Of a stretch of 64,000 nt of DNA, positions 38,786-51,600 are shown piece by piece. The first letter of the stretch is position 1, and each line of letters starts with the position of its first letter. The stretch lies in contig NW_026262701.1 in assembly GCF_021869535.1 (NCBI RefSeq), forward strand, positions 101,122,001 through 101,186,000, written 5' to 3'. The notes below the pieces were generated by a model, which worked only from the letters and a program-made list of their open reading frames with translations, was not told where the DNA came from and did no database searches. The position numbers and the translations under genes were made by a program. Source of the stretch: Mytilus californianus. Lineage: Eukaryota.

Positions 38786-41700
38786 CTACACATTTTTTAC
38801 AAGCCCATGAAAATAATGTCAAGGACAATGGAAATATGACAGACAGAAACTTTGTAACATGAGGTATCTACATACAACGTATGAAGCATCCAAGTCACTT
38901 TCTGAATGATAAAGCTTTATAAAAATAGTTTATGATTTAGGCGCTGGATGTAATCAATGTGTCTCGCATTCTGCGACTTCCATCACAGGCAAGTCATTGA
39001 CTCCCTTATTGAAGTGTCCGAAAGGAATAATCTGAATGGACTTTAGGTAGAACTTGACATCCTGAACAGCCCTGCCTCTAGCAGATTTTCTCTATTAATG
39101 GTTTTCAAAATAGCCAATATATGCATTTTACCCCTTGGAGGCCATAATGGTGGGCAAGGGTGATCATCCAACACACTTTTTAAACTCTATTCCCCAAGGA
39201 TAATTGTGAAGTGCAATTGGCTCAGTAGTTTCAGAGATGATTTGTGTAAAATGTTTGAAGAAGTACACCAAGGATGAGAAAAGCTTTCTTGGCTCTGTGA
39301 GCTACATGTACAAACTAAAAATCAATAAAATATTACCATTAAGGGGAAATAACTCCCTATTGGGTTGTCAGTCTTTCTGTAACGGTAAATATTTCCTGTT
39401 GTGCTGATCATTTTTGTAGTTCACGCTTTTAAACCACATCCAATAGTTTTGGAGACATCAAAGAACTGCCAAAAAAAATAAATGGGGAATGTGTCCATGG
39501 GACACAGATGATGCCCCCGCTTGCATATAAAGTTATAAAGGGACATAACTTAAGAACAGTAAAAGTGACACTACCACATTTGTATTTGATCTGAGTTTTG
39601 TTGTAATAAGCATTGTGTATAAGTTTCATAACATTTGCTTGAGGCAAACTAAAGGTAGAGAATGCAAACGAAAAATTCAACTATTTTTCCATTTGTAAAG
39701 GGGCATCACTCTAGAATGGTAAAAGTGACGCTATCCAAAGTGAAACTTGATCTGTGTTTTGTGGTAATAAGCATTGTGCATAAGCTTCATAACATTTGGT
39801 TGAGGCAAACTAAAGTTAGAGAATGGAAACCAATTGTGGGACGGATATGGACAAGGGTAAAACTTAATGCCCCCTCCGCTACAGCAGGGGCATAAAAATC
39901 AACATCTCAAAAACGAGTCTACAGCAGGTTTTCTTAACTTTTTCAGGTAGATAGAGTTTGTGTAGACAATTTTTACTCTTGGTTTTATTGACCTGCATCA
40001 GTAACACTACATGTCCCTATGACCCAACTACTTCTCTACCTGTTAATAACTACTGTAAATTCAGAAATTATTGCATGCATTTATCATTGCGATATTGTCA
40101 TTTTAGACTAAAATGCGATTTTAATATTTGTGATATTGACAAAAGCCCTGTTTCATTCATATAAAAAATTTCAAAATGCAAGTTTAAATTATTGCGATTA
40201 TAACCCTGTCGCATTTTTCGCAATAATAAAAACATTGCAATAATTACTGAATTTACAGTAAATTAAATCAAATCCTGACAATATGCACATGTACATCATT
40301 ACTATATGTGTAGATACACTCTGAAAATAATAACTTAGTTTGAGCAGTTGAGGGGACAAACATGTATCCCTTTATCAGAAAGATGTAAATTGTTAATCTT
40401 AATAATATTAATGTTTTTTCTTCAACAAGGAATGATAGAATATGAACAAAGACTCCGCTACATGTAGTTTGGTTATTTTCTAGTATGTTAGTGTTCTCTC
40501 TTGGAAATTTCATATGGCATTCATGCATGGAATGAATTTTCTGCATCTTATTTTTTTTCTTTTTAGGAATGTATATATCATCTACATGCATGACATGTAG
40601 GGAAATAGATATTTGAATTCAATGTAATCATACCAAATACATTTTGTACATGTATCATTTATCTCTGACCTTAAAAAATATTTTTTTTATGAATCTCATT
40701 GCTCTCATTTTCAATTTCATTCCACAACTTGTATTAACAATTTCTGTATGTACATGAAGCCCTGAAGTTGTCAATCTTTTTAGTTTGTATTCATCATCAC
40801 AGTTCTATAAATGTTAATAAAGCTTAACCAGTTTTCCAACATTTATTAAAACTTCAGATTCATACATTTAATAATTTACATTACAAAATAACAACTATAT
40901 GGAGGTACATAGAGACCTAATTTATCAGTTCAATGTCATTCGTTTATATCCTCATTCATACCACTATCTCAGACTCACATTTCTCCAAGCTAAAGAAAAA
41001 AATTCTAGATTATCAGTAGATTCAGTAATCTACATGTATCTATTATGATAATTGAGCCCTATATAAAAGCCACACAAATAATATTCTGTTCATGAATGTT
41101 AACTTCAAAGTGTAATATGCCATGTGAACATTTTTAACTTCACTATAATACATGTACATGTATGAACAATATTAATTTATTCTTGTATGGAAAATTAAAT
41201 GGTGTTTGCTTCTCCTCTTCATCCAATGTATATAAAGAATAGTTTTTAGTGAATAAATGTCTAACACATTATCACAAAATATAGAAAAAAATGTAAGTGT
41301 GCCAACTTGTGTGTGTTTTACATTCAATAAAAATTTCATTATGTATTGTGCATGGATTTTGGTTGGTAGTAGAAAAATATATACGTGTGATCTGAAAATT
41401 ATAGATTTTACTTCAACCAAGTGATCTTTTCCTCATTATATTTCACCAATATCCTTCATCAATTTTGATAAAAAAAAATCTTTATACTTTATCTGAACTG
41501 TTTAGCAATACAAGTAATTTTGCTTTTAATGCTCCACTTGACAATTTGCCAAATGTGTACAATGTTGTCTTTCAGGAAATGCTTTACATGTAATTTATGG
41601 TGTTCTACTTGTACATGTACAAAAAAATGTACTTTCAAATAATTTATTCTATTTTTTTGTAATGTCAAGTCCAGAACAACTTATTTCCTTCCCTTTAGGG

Positions 41701-43085
41701 CAAATAGAATTCATTAAAACTTTTTCTGTTTCTTAAAATTTCTCCTTCTGGAACTTCCACACGACTGGTAGATCTTAAAAAAATTGATCAGTACTGATTT
41801 GGAACATCACTTTTCCTTTGTGATAAGAAAATCTTTTGCTTCCTAGCATAAATATGGAAAAAATACAAAATTTCTAATTTATATAAATACTTGTATAATT
41901 AGATACCCTCCCAAAGGAAAAACTTGACCTAGATAAATAATGGGAGGCAACTGTTGGAATTATAAAAATAAGGAATATAACAGAACACACACATGTATTA
42001 TAATACATGTACAGTACAATGTGTAAGCAAATGTACAGGTATTTTTGTCAAAGTAAACATGGTAAATATATGTAAATTAAAATATACCAAAATTCTTTAA
42101 AAAGAAAAAAAACACTACAAAGAAAAAATAACAAATGGGCTCCCAAGATGTCAACTGCAACTGCAAAAATGCATAATGCTGATTGTTCACAATGCAACTG
42201 TACAAAAAACCATGATGCAGATGTACCTTATATTCATGAACATAGATCATTGTTCAAATGTACAAAAATGATGATGCTGATATAAATAGCATTACTTTAC
42301 TGCACAAGTACATACACATGAAGTTGGTGTACAATGACCATTGTTAAAAAGCTATGTTATTTAGGTCTATTAAAAGAATAGGGATAAATTTTAAAAAAGC
42401 ATTTTGTTATGTTTATCATTGCGAGGAATTTCAATTTTCACACACATTCATATGAGCCAAAACATTATACATGAATATGTACACTAAATGTTTTATAATG
42501 TACATGTATATAGGATACAACAAAAAATTATAATCAGATATGAAGTACATTTGTTATTATATTTATATCGTAAAATTTTATAACTATGATTTCCTGTTTA
42601 AAAGTGTACAGTATTAAATTGAGACATAAAAAAAATTGCATGTACATTATTATATTACCTTATTTCAAAATGATTTTAACAGAAAACGTCAACAATTACA
42701 CATGTTACGTATACATATACATGTGTGGTGAGTACTTAATAGATATAATTAAGACCCTCCAATTAAAAAAATAAGTGTGCATGTACATGTTCATAGTATA
42801 CATGTATCAGATGTATCCATCTTAAGACTATTTAAATAGTTAACTTAAAAAGCTGTGTATAAACATGTTGAGTTCAAAAGACATTTATAACACAAGGTAG
42901 CACTACAGTTATTTTAAATTTATCAATATTTAGACTCATTAAAAACATATTTTGTTTTCAAATTATCTTGAACTGTCATTTGACCTGCATGTACATGTAC
43001 TTGCACAAATGTATGTTATACAATCTCACATATTTAAAAGTTTTGTCTTAACATTCTGTAAATTTTTAACATACATACATGTATC

Positions 43086-44106
43086 GAATTATAGTTATCT
43101 CGTACCATTGTAAACTCGTACCACTTAACAAAAACTCGTACCAATGCAAACTCGTACCACTGCTAACTCGTACCACGGTAAATTCATACCATTGTAAACT
43201 CGTACCAACTTATTTAAATGCATTAAAATGGTGTTTAATGATGAATATATACTTTAATTTCACTCAATACCTCTTAAGTCTGTAAAATGTATGTAATTTG
43301 AAATTACAATAACCAATTTGTAGCTAATTTTCCTTGTCTAATTGGATAGAGAAAACCGTGGCAGATTGGCTTTGTTGTATCCCTTGAATAGACTCTTTTT
43401 TAAACTTTTACTGACAACTATTTGATTTAATTTTTAATCATTCCAAATCAGTAACATTGAATAGATTTGGGTATTTTTCTATTGTTTCTAAAAGGAATTT
43501 TATTTAATGAAAGAATTTATTGATTGTGTTTTAAAGGTTTAAAATTGTTTATGACCAACAGTTAGAAAGTATGAAATTTATTTTAATACAATATTCAGCA
43601 CATTTCAGCAGAATATGACCATGCTTATATGATTATACAAGTTGATTAGTTAAAGATAAAAAAAAACAAGTTGATTAGTTAATAATCAACCAATAATCAC
43701 ACAATCAAAGGAATTTAATATATTTATTAGCATGGTAATTAAGAAATTACATTCATATTTTTGTCTAAGTTTTCATTAAAATCTGGTATAAATTTCAAAG
43801 ATATTTTAATTTTTTGTATAAAGCTTAAAAAAAAATAATCATAAAACATTCGTATTTTTGTCTAAGTTTTCATTAAAATCTAGTATAAAATTCAAGTAAT
43901 TCAACTTTTTTTATTTAGTTTACCAAAAAAAAAAATCATAAAACATTCGTATTTTTGAATATATTTTTAATGGTACGAGTTTGCAGTGGTACGAGTTCTG
44001 ATTGGTACGACTTCCCAGTGGTACGAGTTTACGTTGGTATGAGTTAACTTTTTTGGTACGAGTTTACGTGGTACGAGTTTACAATGGTACGAGTTAACTT
44101 GCTTCC
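43086..44106. mobile_element. 1021-bp non-autonomous DNA transposon with an 8-bp TSD and arrays of subterminal 11-mers
   Basis: CATGTATC at 43078-43085 and 44107-44114. Imperfect TIR. Multiple AACTCGTACCA units at the left end and TGGTACGAGTT at the right end. A left-end-only copy lies at 51218-~51635. Confidence 0.85.
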
Positions 44107-44914
44107 CATGTATCTGGCATGTTTAGTCCATTAAAATCAATGTTGAGAAAATCCCAATTTATCCATTAATTATCAGAGGAAAATACGGAACTACAAACAT
44201 ATGTAAACCATAAGGGAACATTGTAATGGTTATTGCAGTATGATGTAAATAAACAACACTTTCTAAATGAAAACATAATCAATCTCAAGTTTTGTACATC
44301 CACCCTCCAAAATTCAAAGAATTAAAAAAACAGTACTTCATAAATAAAAACACAAGTAAAATTGTTTTGTGAGATTTCATTAAGACCAGAAATATTTCAA
44401 CAAAATAAATTCATTAATTACACCATTAAATTATTTCCTTCGCACTTTCATGTCAAAAAAGTATACATTATTAGATAGGATTACTATTTACACTACACAT
44501 ACAGTAACATTTGTTGTAAATACATCTTTCATCAAAATATTAAAATAATTAGATACACACATGTAATGAAAAGATTAATCATCCCTACACTGATGCATTT
44601 TACAGTGTAATTAATTAAATTTGACTGCTGTTTAGCACTAACTGCTGAAATGCACCATGCCATAAATCATTCATTTAATCTTTTCTTCCAAATTTTATCA
44701 CAGTGAAATTGACAATTTGAGCCATATCTTGCAACAACTCAAGATGGAACTAAATTTCCAGTTTTATAGATTTAATAACAATACAGATAATTCTCAAATT
44801 CCTACACGTAAAAGTCAAATGAACTGATCTAACACTTTCCAACACTTCCTTCAAATTTAGTTTCATATACATTTTCATTTTCTGACAATAATGCAATATC
44901 AGACTTTGGCAAAT

Positions 44915-45889
44915 TTAGCGACCAGCGGTAGCAGCAGCTGTAGCTGTGGACTGAGCTACTTGTGCTGCCTTTTGTTTCAACATTGTCCAGTCAAAAGTGT
45001 AATCGTACTGATAGTTCAGGGTACGGAATAGAATGCGGAAAAGTTGTCGTAAGTACATATAATCTGGAGCCTCTTCAAATCTCAATCCTCTACAGTAGTT
45101 TAGGTACATAGCAAATTCAGCTGGAAAACCTTTGCAAAGAACTTCTACTGGCGTTGACATCTTTTTCTCACTAATTTTCTCATATTTTTGCTTTTTGGTA
45201 TTAGCTTTCAAACCTTGCCACGGTAGACTGCCTCTGTTGAAATACATCAAAACATAGCCAAGCGACTCCATATCATCACGACGACTCTGCTCTATGCCAA
45301 GATGTGCATTGATGCTGGCATACCTGGCAGTTCCAGTTAGATTCTTATCTTCCCTATATGCAATGTGGGTTCTTGTGCGACTATCTCGGTACTTTTTGGC
45401 TAGCCCAAAGTCGATCAAGAAAACTTTGTTGCAGTGACGACCGATTCCCATCAAGAAATTATCAGGTTTAATGTCTCTGTGAATGAAATTTTTATTGTGG
45501 ACATACTCTATACGTCCTATCATTTGATCTGCAAGCATTAAAACGGTTTTCATAGTGAATCTGCGTGAACAGAAGTTGAACAGATCTTCTAAACTTGGCC
45601 CTAACAAGTCCATAACAAGGATATTGTATTCTTTCTCTTGACCATACCAGCGTATATGAGGAATACCCACTCCACCTTGAAGAATTTTATAAAGTTTACT
45701 TTCATAAAGAAGTTGTGGGTGTCTAGCTTTAACAGATTCCAATTTAACTGCTACTTCTTCTCCATTTGTTATGTTGATTCCGAGATAAATATCACCAAAC
45801 GACCCACTGCCTATTTTTCTCACCAGACGGTATTTTGACCCCACGAGGAACTCACTTTTTTGGGTTGAGCGATCACCGGCACTCTCCAT
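44915..45889 (-). CDS. CSNK1A1: Casein kinase I isoform alpha, single coding exon, 324 aa
   Basis: Uninterrupted ORF with [39 protein letters not shown] and SRRDDMES. The alpha-specific GIGRHCNK and LRFEEAPDY are present, and the C-terminal tail is short. Confidence 0.98.
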   Translation of the reverse strand: MESAGDRSTQKSEFLVGSKYRLVRKIGSGSFGDIYLGINITNGEEVAVKLESVKARHPQLLYESKLYKILQGGVGIPHIRWYGQEKEYNILVMDLLGPSLEDLFNFCSRRFTMKTVLMLADQMIGRIEYVHNKNFIHRDIKPDNFLMGIGRHCNKVFLIDFGLAKKYRDSRTRTHIAYREDKNLTGTARYASINAHLGIEQSRRDDMESLGYVLMYFNRGSLPWQGLKANTKKQKYEKISEKKMSTPVEVLCKGFPAEFAMYLNYCRGLRFEEAPDYMYLRQLFRILFRTLNYQYDYTFDWTMLKQKAAQVAQSTATAAATAGR

Positions 45890-45959
45890 TGTCTATATAT
45901 CTTAGAAAGAGCGACTTAAATAGGTGAAAATGTTTATATTTTTTGTTTCTTTGTCAGGT

Positions 45960-46050
45960 TTACTTTTAGATTTTGGTTGCCATCTTGGGTGGTTGCATCG
46001 CAATGAGGATTACCCAGGGATCCATTTAGTTTACACTGCGCATGATTGAA
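45960..46050 (-). promoter_or_regulatory. Likely CK1-alpha core promoter / leader with a YY1-like motif
   Basis: Minus-strand CAAGATGGCAAC (YY1-like, about 45987-45976) and an NRF1-like TGCGCATG (about 46037-46044) lie within 160 bp of the ATG. Confidence 0.45.
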
Positions 46051-46699
46051 AGGAAACAGTTGGAAATTTTGCAGTAAAGTTGTTATTAAAGACGTTTTGA
46101 GATAACCTATCAATTTATATAACTTAGCTTCTTCTTCTTTGTATAAGCTTCCTATGAACAGGAAAACCTCTAATGGTATTAGAATATAAGGATAGTTATG
46201 TAGGAAAAATGAATTTGTTTATTTTTTGTTGTATTATTTTTCAACAAACTATAATCAGCAACAAGTAGTGCTACGTAGACTTTTTTCCATGAATGTCACG
46301 TTAAAAGTTATATGTACAGTCTTAATTGGCTATTATTTTGTTTCCTTTACAAAATTATATCATTTTCATGTGTGGTTTCATGTATGCTTAAATCAATAGC
46401 TGGGGGGAAGAGACAATCAAAAGTTAATGGTTAACACAGGGAGATATTGTTTCTTTATGTAACCGTTGACTGATGTTTGTATACATGTGATATTGGCTTA
46501 AAAAGCGGCCAAGGTTCCAAAAAAAATGATTTGGTCTTGAATTCTAAAAATAGTATTCAATGATACTCAGCAAACTTTGAATTACTAATTGCTAAATTAT
46601 TCTACCCAATTACAGTTTGAATTCACCTCAACAAATCAACTGGCCTAGTAAAGTAATTCAGCTTTAGTGAAAGTTTGCTTTACACTGGCATACTTGATT

Positions 46700-47650
46700 G
46701 AAGACATTGAAATACCGAATTCGACAATCGATTGATACAAGAACTGTTCACTTTAAAAAATTGATCGGAACAACAGAATCGATTGTTAATCGTTGATTGA
46801 ACATTGACAACTCTATCTAAATTTTTAAATACTTTACTATTGCAACAATTGATTACATTGACGTTGATTGAACTACAAATTTCAATTCAGTCAACTCAAT
46901 AAAACGTTACAAGACATTTATTTGAACGATTGATACGACTGATCACAATTGATAACCAGCCGTCAACTAATTCAACTGATTTCAATTTCAATCCCTCGAT
47001 CGTTACGATAGATACGATTGATCACGGTTGATTATCATGCACAGATCAACCGGCTTAAATACAAATGCACACACTAGACCGTTATACATACGATTGATAA
47101 TGATTTATTACCAAATATAAACTCAATCAACTCAATAAAAATTGCAAACCCCTGATCAACTCAATAGAAAAATTGCAAACACTAGATCGTTACGATACGA
47201 GTGTTTACCAAATATCAACTCAGTCAGCTGCAAACAATAGATTGTTATACGATAGATACAATTGATTACGAGTACTAGTATCTATCGTTTAATGAGACAT
47301 TAATCAACCCTTAAACGATCATAACGATTGAATATAATCGGTACGATATTGACCCTTGAAAACATCATGAGACAGATGATTGAATTGATCAACTCAAATA
47401 AAACGCTCGTAACGACTGAATAAAATCGATAAGATTGTGAGTTTAGAACACAAGAATTAAGAGACAGTTGATTGCATTGATTAACTCTTTAATTATCGTA
47501 ACGATTGATTACGATGGATACGATCGTGACCCTTGAAAACTAGACGAGACAGTTCATGGGCCCGTTCATTGAATTGATCAACCCTAAAACGATCGTATCG
47601 ATTGATTAGTACGATCGATACGATCGTGACCTTTGAAAACGAGAAAAGAC
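46700..47650. repeat. Degenerate CpG-rich repeat tract (ACGAT/ATCGAT/TCAACTCAAT motifs)
   Basis: Recurrent CGATTGAT, TACGATCG and GACCCTTGAAAAC units. CpG is visibly denser than in the surrounding DNA. Confidence 0.6.
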
Positions 47651-48657
47651 AGCTGATTGAAAAAAGTATTTACAAAAATACCGAACTCCAAGGTAAATTC
47701 AAAAAGCCTAAAGTCCATGAAAACTGACAAAATTAAACGATAGACCATATTAACTATAAAGGAACGAATGGGAATCAACTGTAATTTTTTTCGCAGAATA
47801 AATCTAGTTTCAGTATAGCCATGTTAGCTGAACCTCCCACTTGTATGACAATTGTTTCAAAATAGTTCTGTTATAATGACAAAATTGGGTGAGCAACTCA
47901 AACCGACATGATGAAATATCTTACATACTTTAAAAAATATCGTATATATAAAATATGTAAAATATCTTTTTAGCTTAATTATATATCTTATATATAGTTT
48001 ATAAGATATCTTATATCTTTTTAAAGATATATTTTAATCAAATACTTTGCGATATAAATTGGATATCTTATTTAGTTTAAAAGATATCTCAATAAGTTTA
48101 TAAGATATCTGATTTAATAAGATATGAAGGGGTGGCACACTTTTGGATGTGGCATACTGGTAGCCTAGCTGGGATCCTGACTCACTGCTCGACGAAGTAT
48201 TAGATTGGGTCAGGATGCCAGACTAGCATATAAGGGGTTAAAAAAGTGGGGATGTGAGAAAAAATATTACAAAAAAGCCGGATTTGGGAAATGATTACCT
48301 CCTTGTTACCCCCTTAGATATCCTTACATTTAAACTGTTTGTAAAGATATCTTATTTAGATTATAAGATATCTTATTAACTTTACAAGATATCTAATTCT
48401 TATTAACTTTAAAGACATATTATCAACTTTATAAGACATCTTTTTATCTTTATAAGATATCTTGAATGTGGAATATATTTAAAAACGGCTTGCCATCTGT
48501 ATCTAATGCGTTTGCGTACTCAAACCGGTTTGATGTTGTCGCGGAAATATTAGAGTTGCACTTTACTTCAAAGAACACAAACAATGGCCACAAGCTGAAC
48601 CTTTCAAAAAATATACCCAATTAAGTGGTTAGAATAGACTTTGGAAACGACAACAAA

Positions 48658-51600
48658 ATGAAACGTCAGATAGCCATTCCGCGTCAAATGTCACTCATTA
48701 CACCAGAGATCTTAAACCCGTTTGTTCATAAAATTCATCTTAGTTTTATGCAAAAAATACAGGTAGGTAGATGTGAAAGACTTATAATGTACACTTCTCG
48801 ACACCATTAATAGTTCAATAGATATACTCACCATCAGTATACTCTCAGCATAGAAGAACAATATGTATATATATCCCCGGGGGGGGGGGGGGGGGGGGGG
48901 GGTTACTTCCTATATTTTTAGTAGAACGAGTGTGCCGCAAAACAGGGTCCCTTTTTCATGCCCTTGATCTTGATCTTGATAGGAATAAGGTGATACATCC
49001 ATGGATATTAATACACCGCGCGTGCGTCAAGTAATTTACTTAAGTGGGGCCCCCTTACAATTTCACTAAAGGTTTTAGCTGGTTCTTCTGCTGTCTGAAT
49101 TTTGATGAAGATATCCGGTGGTAGTTGGTTCCAGTCTTTAATGGTATTTGGAATGAAACTGTATTTTAATGTGTCTGTTTTTGTTTGAAGTCTAAGGAAA
49201 TGTTGGCTGTGCATGTTCTTGGTTGTCCTTGATGGTTTTTTCAGTTGGTCAGAAGGTAAGTTTGCTTGACCGTGTATACTTTTGCAGAAAAGGATCAGTC
49301 TGTTTTGTGTACGGCGGTCTTTTAGTGATGGTAATTGCAGTTGCTCTAAAATTGCTGTCATACTTCCTGGTTCGTAGTTGTAGTTTGATGTTATAAACCT
49401 AGCTGCTCTTTTCTGTACATTTTCCAGTTGGTCTTGTAGATATAGTTGATGTGGGTCCCAGGCAGTGCTTGCATAGTCTAGGACAGGTCGTATCAGTCCT
49501 TTATATGCCTGGAGTTTAATTTCAAGTGGACATGCTGATAGGTTTCTTTTTAGTAAGCCTAATGTCCTATAAGATTTATTGCATATCTCCTCTATGTGCT
49601 TTCCCCAGTGTAGATCATTTGTGATGTTTACTCCTAGATATTTAATAGATGTTAAAATTGGAGATCCGTATTTTTGAGAGTGTATTTAAATGATGTAATT
49701 TTCTTCTTGCGACTCAATGTCATCATGTTGCATTTAATTGGTTGAAATCTCATACCCCAATTAGTCGCCCAGTTACCAAGGGTATCTATATCTTTCTGTA
49801 GTTCTGCACAGTCATCCTCATTTTTAATTTCTCTGTAGCATATATACACAGTCGTCTGCGAACAGCCTTATTTCTGATGTTACATTTTCTGCTATGTCAT
49901 TGATATGGACCAGAAATAGGATGGGACCAAGAACCGTTCCTTGAGGTACACCTGATAGGACTGTCGATGTTTTGGACTTAGTCCCATTCACTATCACACA
50001 CTGAGATCTTGTAGATAGAAATGCATTAATCCAATTCAAGATGTTTTTCGGCACGCCATATTTGTGAAGTTTACTTTTTAATAGTTCGTGCGGTACGGTG
50101 TCAAATGCTTTTTCAAAATCCAAAATAAATATATCTGTTTGTTTCCTGTTGTCAATGGCAGTTGCCCAGTCATGTATTACGTTAATAAGTTGGGTTTCCC
50201 AGCTGTGTCTTCTTCTAAATGCATGTTGTCGGCTATTTAGGATGTTGTGATCTTCAAAGTGCTGCATTAGGTTCGAGCAAATGACATGTTCTAGTAGTTT
50301 GCAAGTGATACATGTTAGGGATACTGGTCTGTAATTACTTGGGATGGTTCTGTCGTTCTTCTTGAATAATGGGCATATATTAGCACTTTTCCATTCATCT
50401 GGGATGGTTCCTCTGTTGATGGATTGTTGGAAAAAGTGAGCCATTACCTCAGATATGTTAGGTGCCAATTCTTTAAGTACTCTGGGATGTATACCATCAG
50501 GGCCCATCGCTTTTGATGCATTTACATTTTTTAGTATCTTCTCCACTCCTTTGGTTGTTACTATGATGTTTCTCATTTTGTCTACATGAGGAGTTTGGTA
50601 TGGAATAGATTCATATACTGTCTCGGTATAAACGCTTGTAAACTGCGTATTCAATGCCTCTGCTTTCTGTTGGTCTGAATCAGCGGTCTTATTATCATGA
50701 GTCTTAAGTGGTGGTATTCCCTGTTTGTCTGCCTTCTGGTTGTTAATATATTTGCCCTGCTGGTTAGAACAGGGTCCCCTTTTCATGTCCTGCTGGTTAG
50801 AACAGGGTCGCTTTTTCATGCATTGCTGGTGAGAACAGGGTCTTTTTTAAACAAAGTATTTGTCTAGAACAGGATGGCTTATTTAACTGTTTAAGATACA
50901 GTCTAGAACCCCGGTCTAGAACAAGGTATACATTTTCTGAGCATTTCTAGAACAGGGTATACATTTTCTGAGCGTGTCCAGAACAGGGTATGTTTTTCAA
51001 TATTTCTGTTTAGATAAGGGTATGTTTTTATATGTTTTCTGGTTAGAACAGGGTATGATTTTCAATGTTTTCTGATTATAACAGGGTATGATTTGGCAAG
51101 TGCTGTTGCCAGTGTTGGCACAGTTATGCCCGAAAGGATAGTCAGTAACCCCCCTGGGATATATATATAGCTTCCTTTAGGGTGACAAGTTTTCTTGCAG
51201 ACTGGTACCTTATAACAGAATTATAGATATCTCGTACCATTGCAAACTACCAATCAACTCATACCACTAATAGTATTAGCAAACTCGTACCACGGTAAAT
51301 TTGTACCATTGCAAACTACCAATCAACTCATACCACTAATACATGTAGCAATAGCAAACTCGTACCACGGTAAATTTGTACCATTGCAAACTACCAATCA
51401 ACTCATACCACTAATAGTAATAGCAAACTCGTACCACGGTAAATTTGTACCATTGCAAACTCGTACCAACTTATGTAAATCTAATGCACTCAAATGGTGT
51501 TAATGTTGAAAATATATTTAAATTTAACTCATTAAATCAAAAGTCTGTAAAAAGTAATACATGTAGTATATAATTTGAAAGTCACGATGACCAGTTTGTA

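Noticed and set aside
48879-48902. Long G/C homopolymers (also ~3296-3314, ~24175-24194, ~36749-36769)
   Set aside because: They lie inside repeat elements and their lengths are prone to sequencing error. No independent support for function.
50753-50819. N-terminus MKKRPCSNQQDMKRGPCSNQQ of the 331-aa RT ORF
   Set aside because: It derives from the host MITE's TAGAACAGGGT repeats read through into the truncated LINE. There is no evidence of a real fusion protein.
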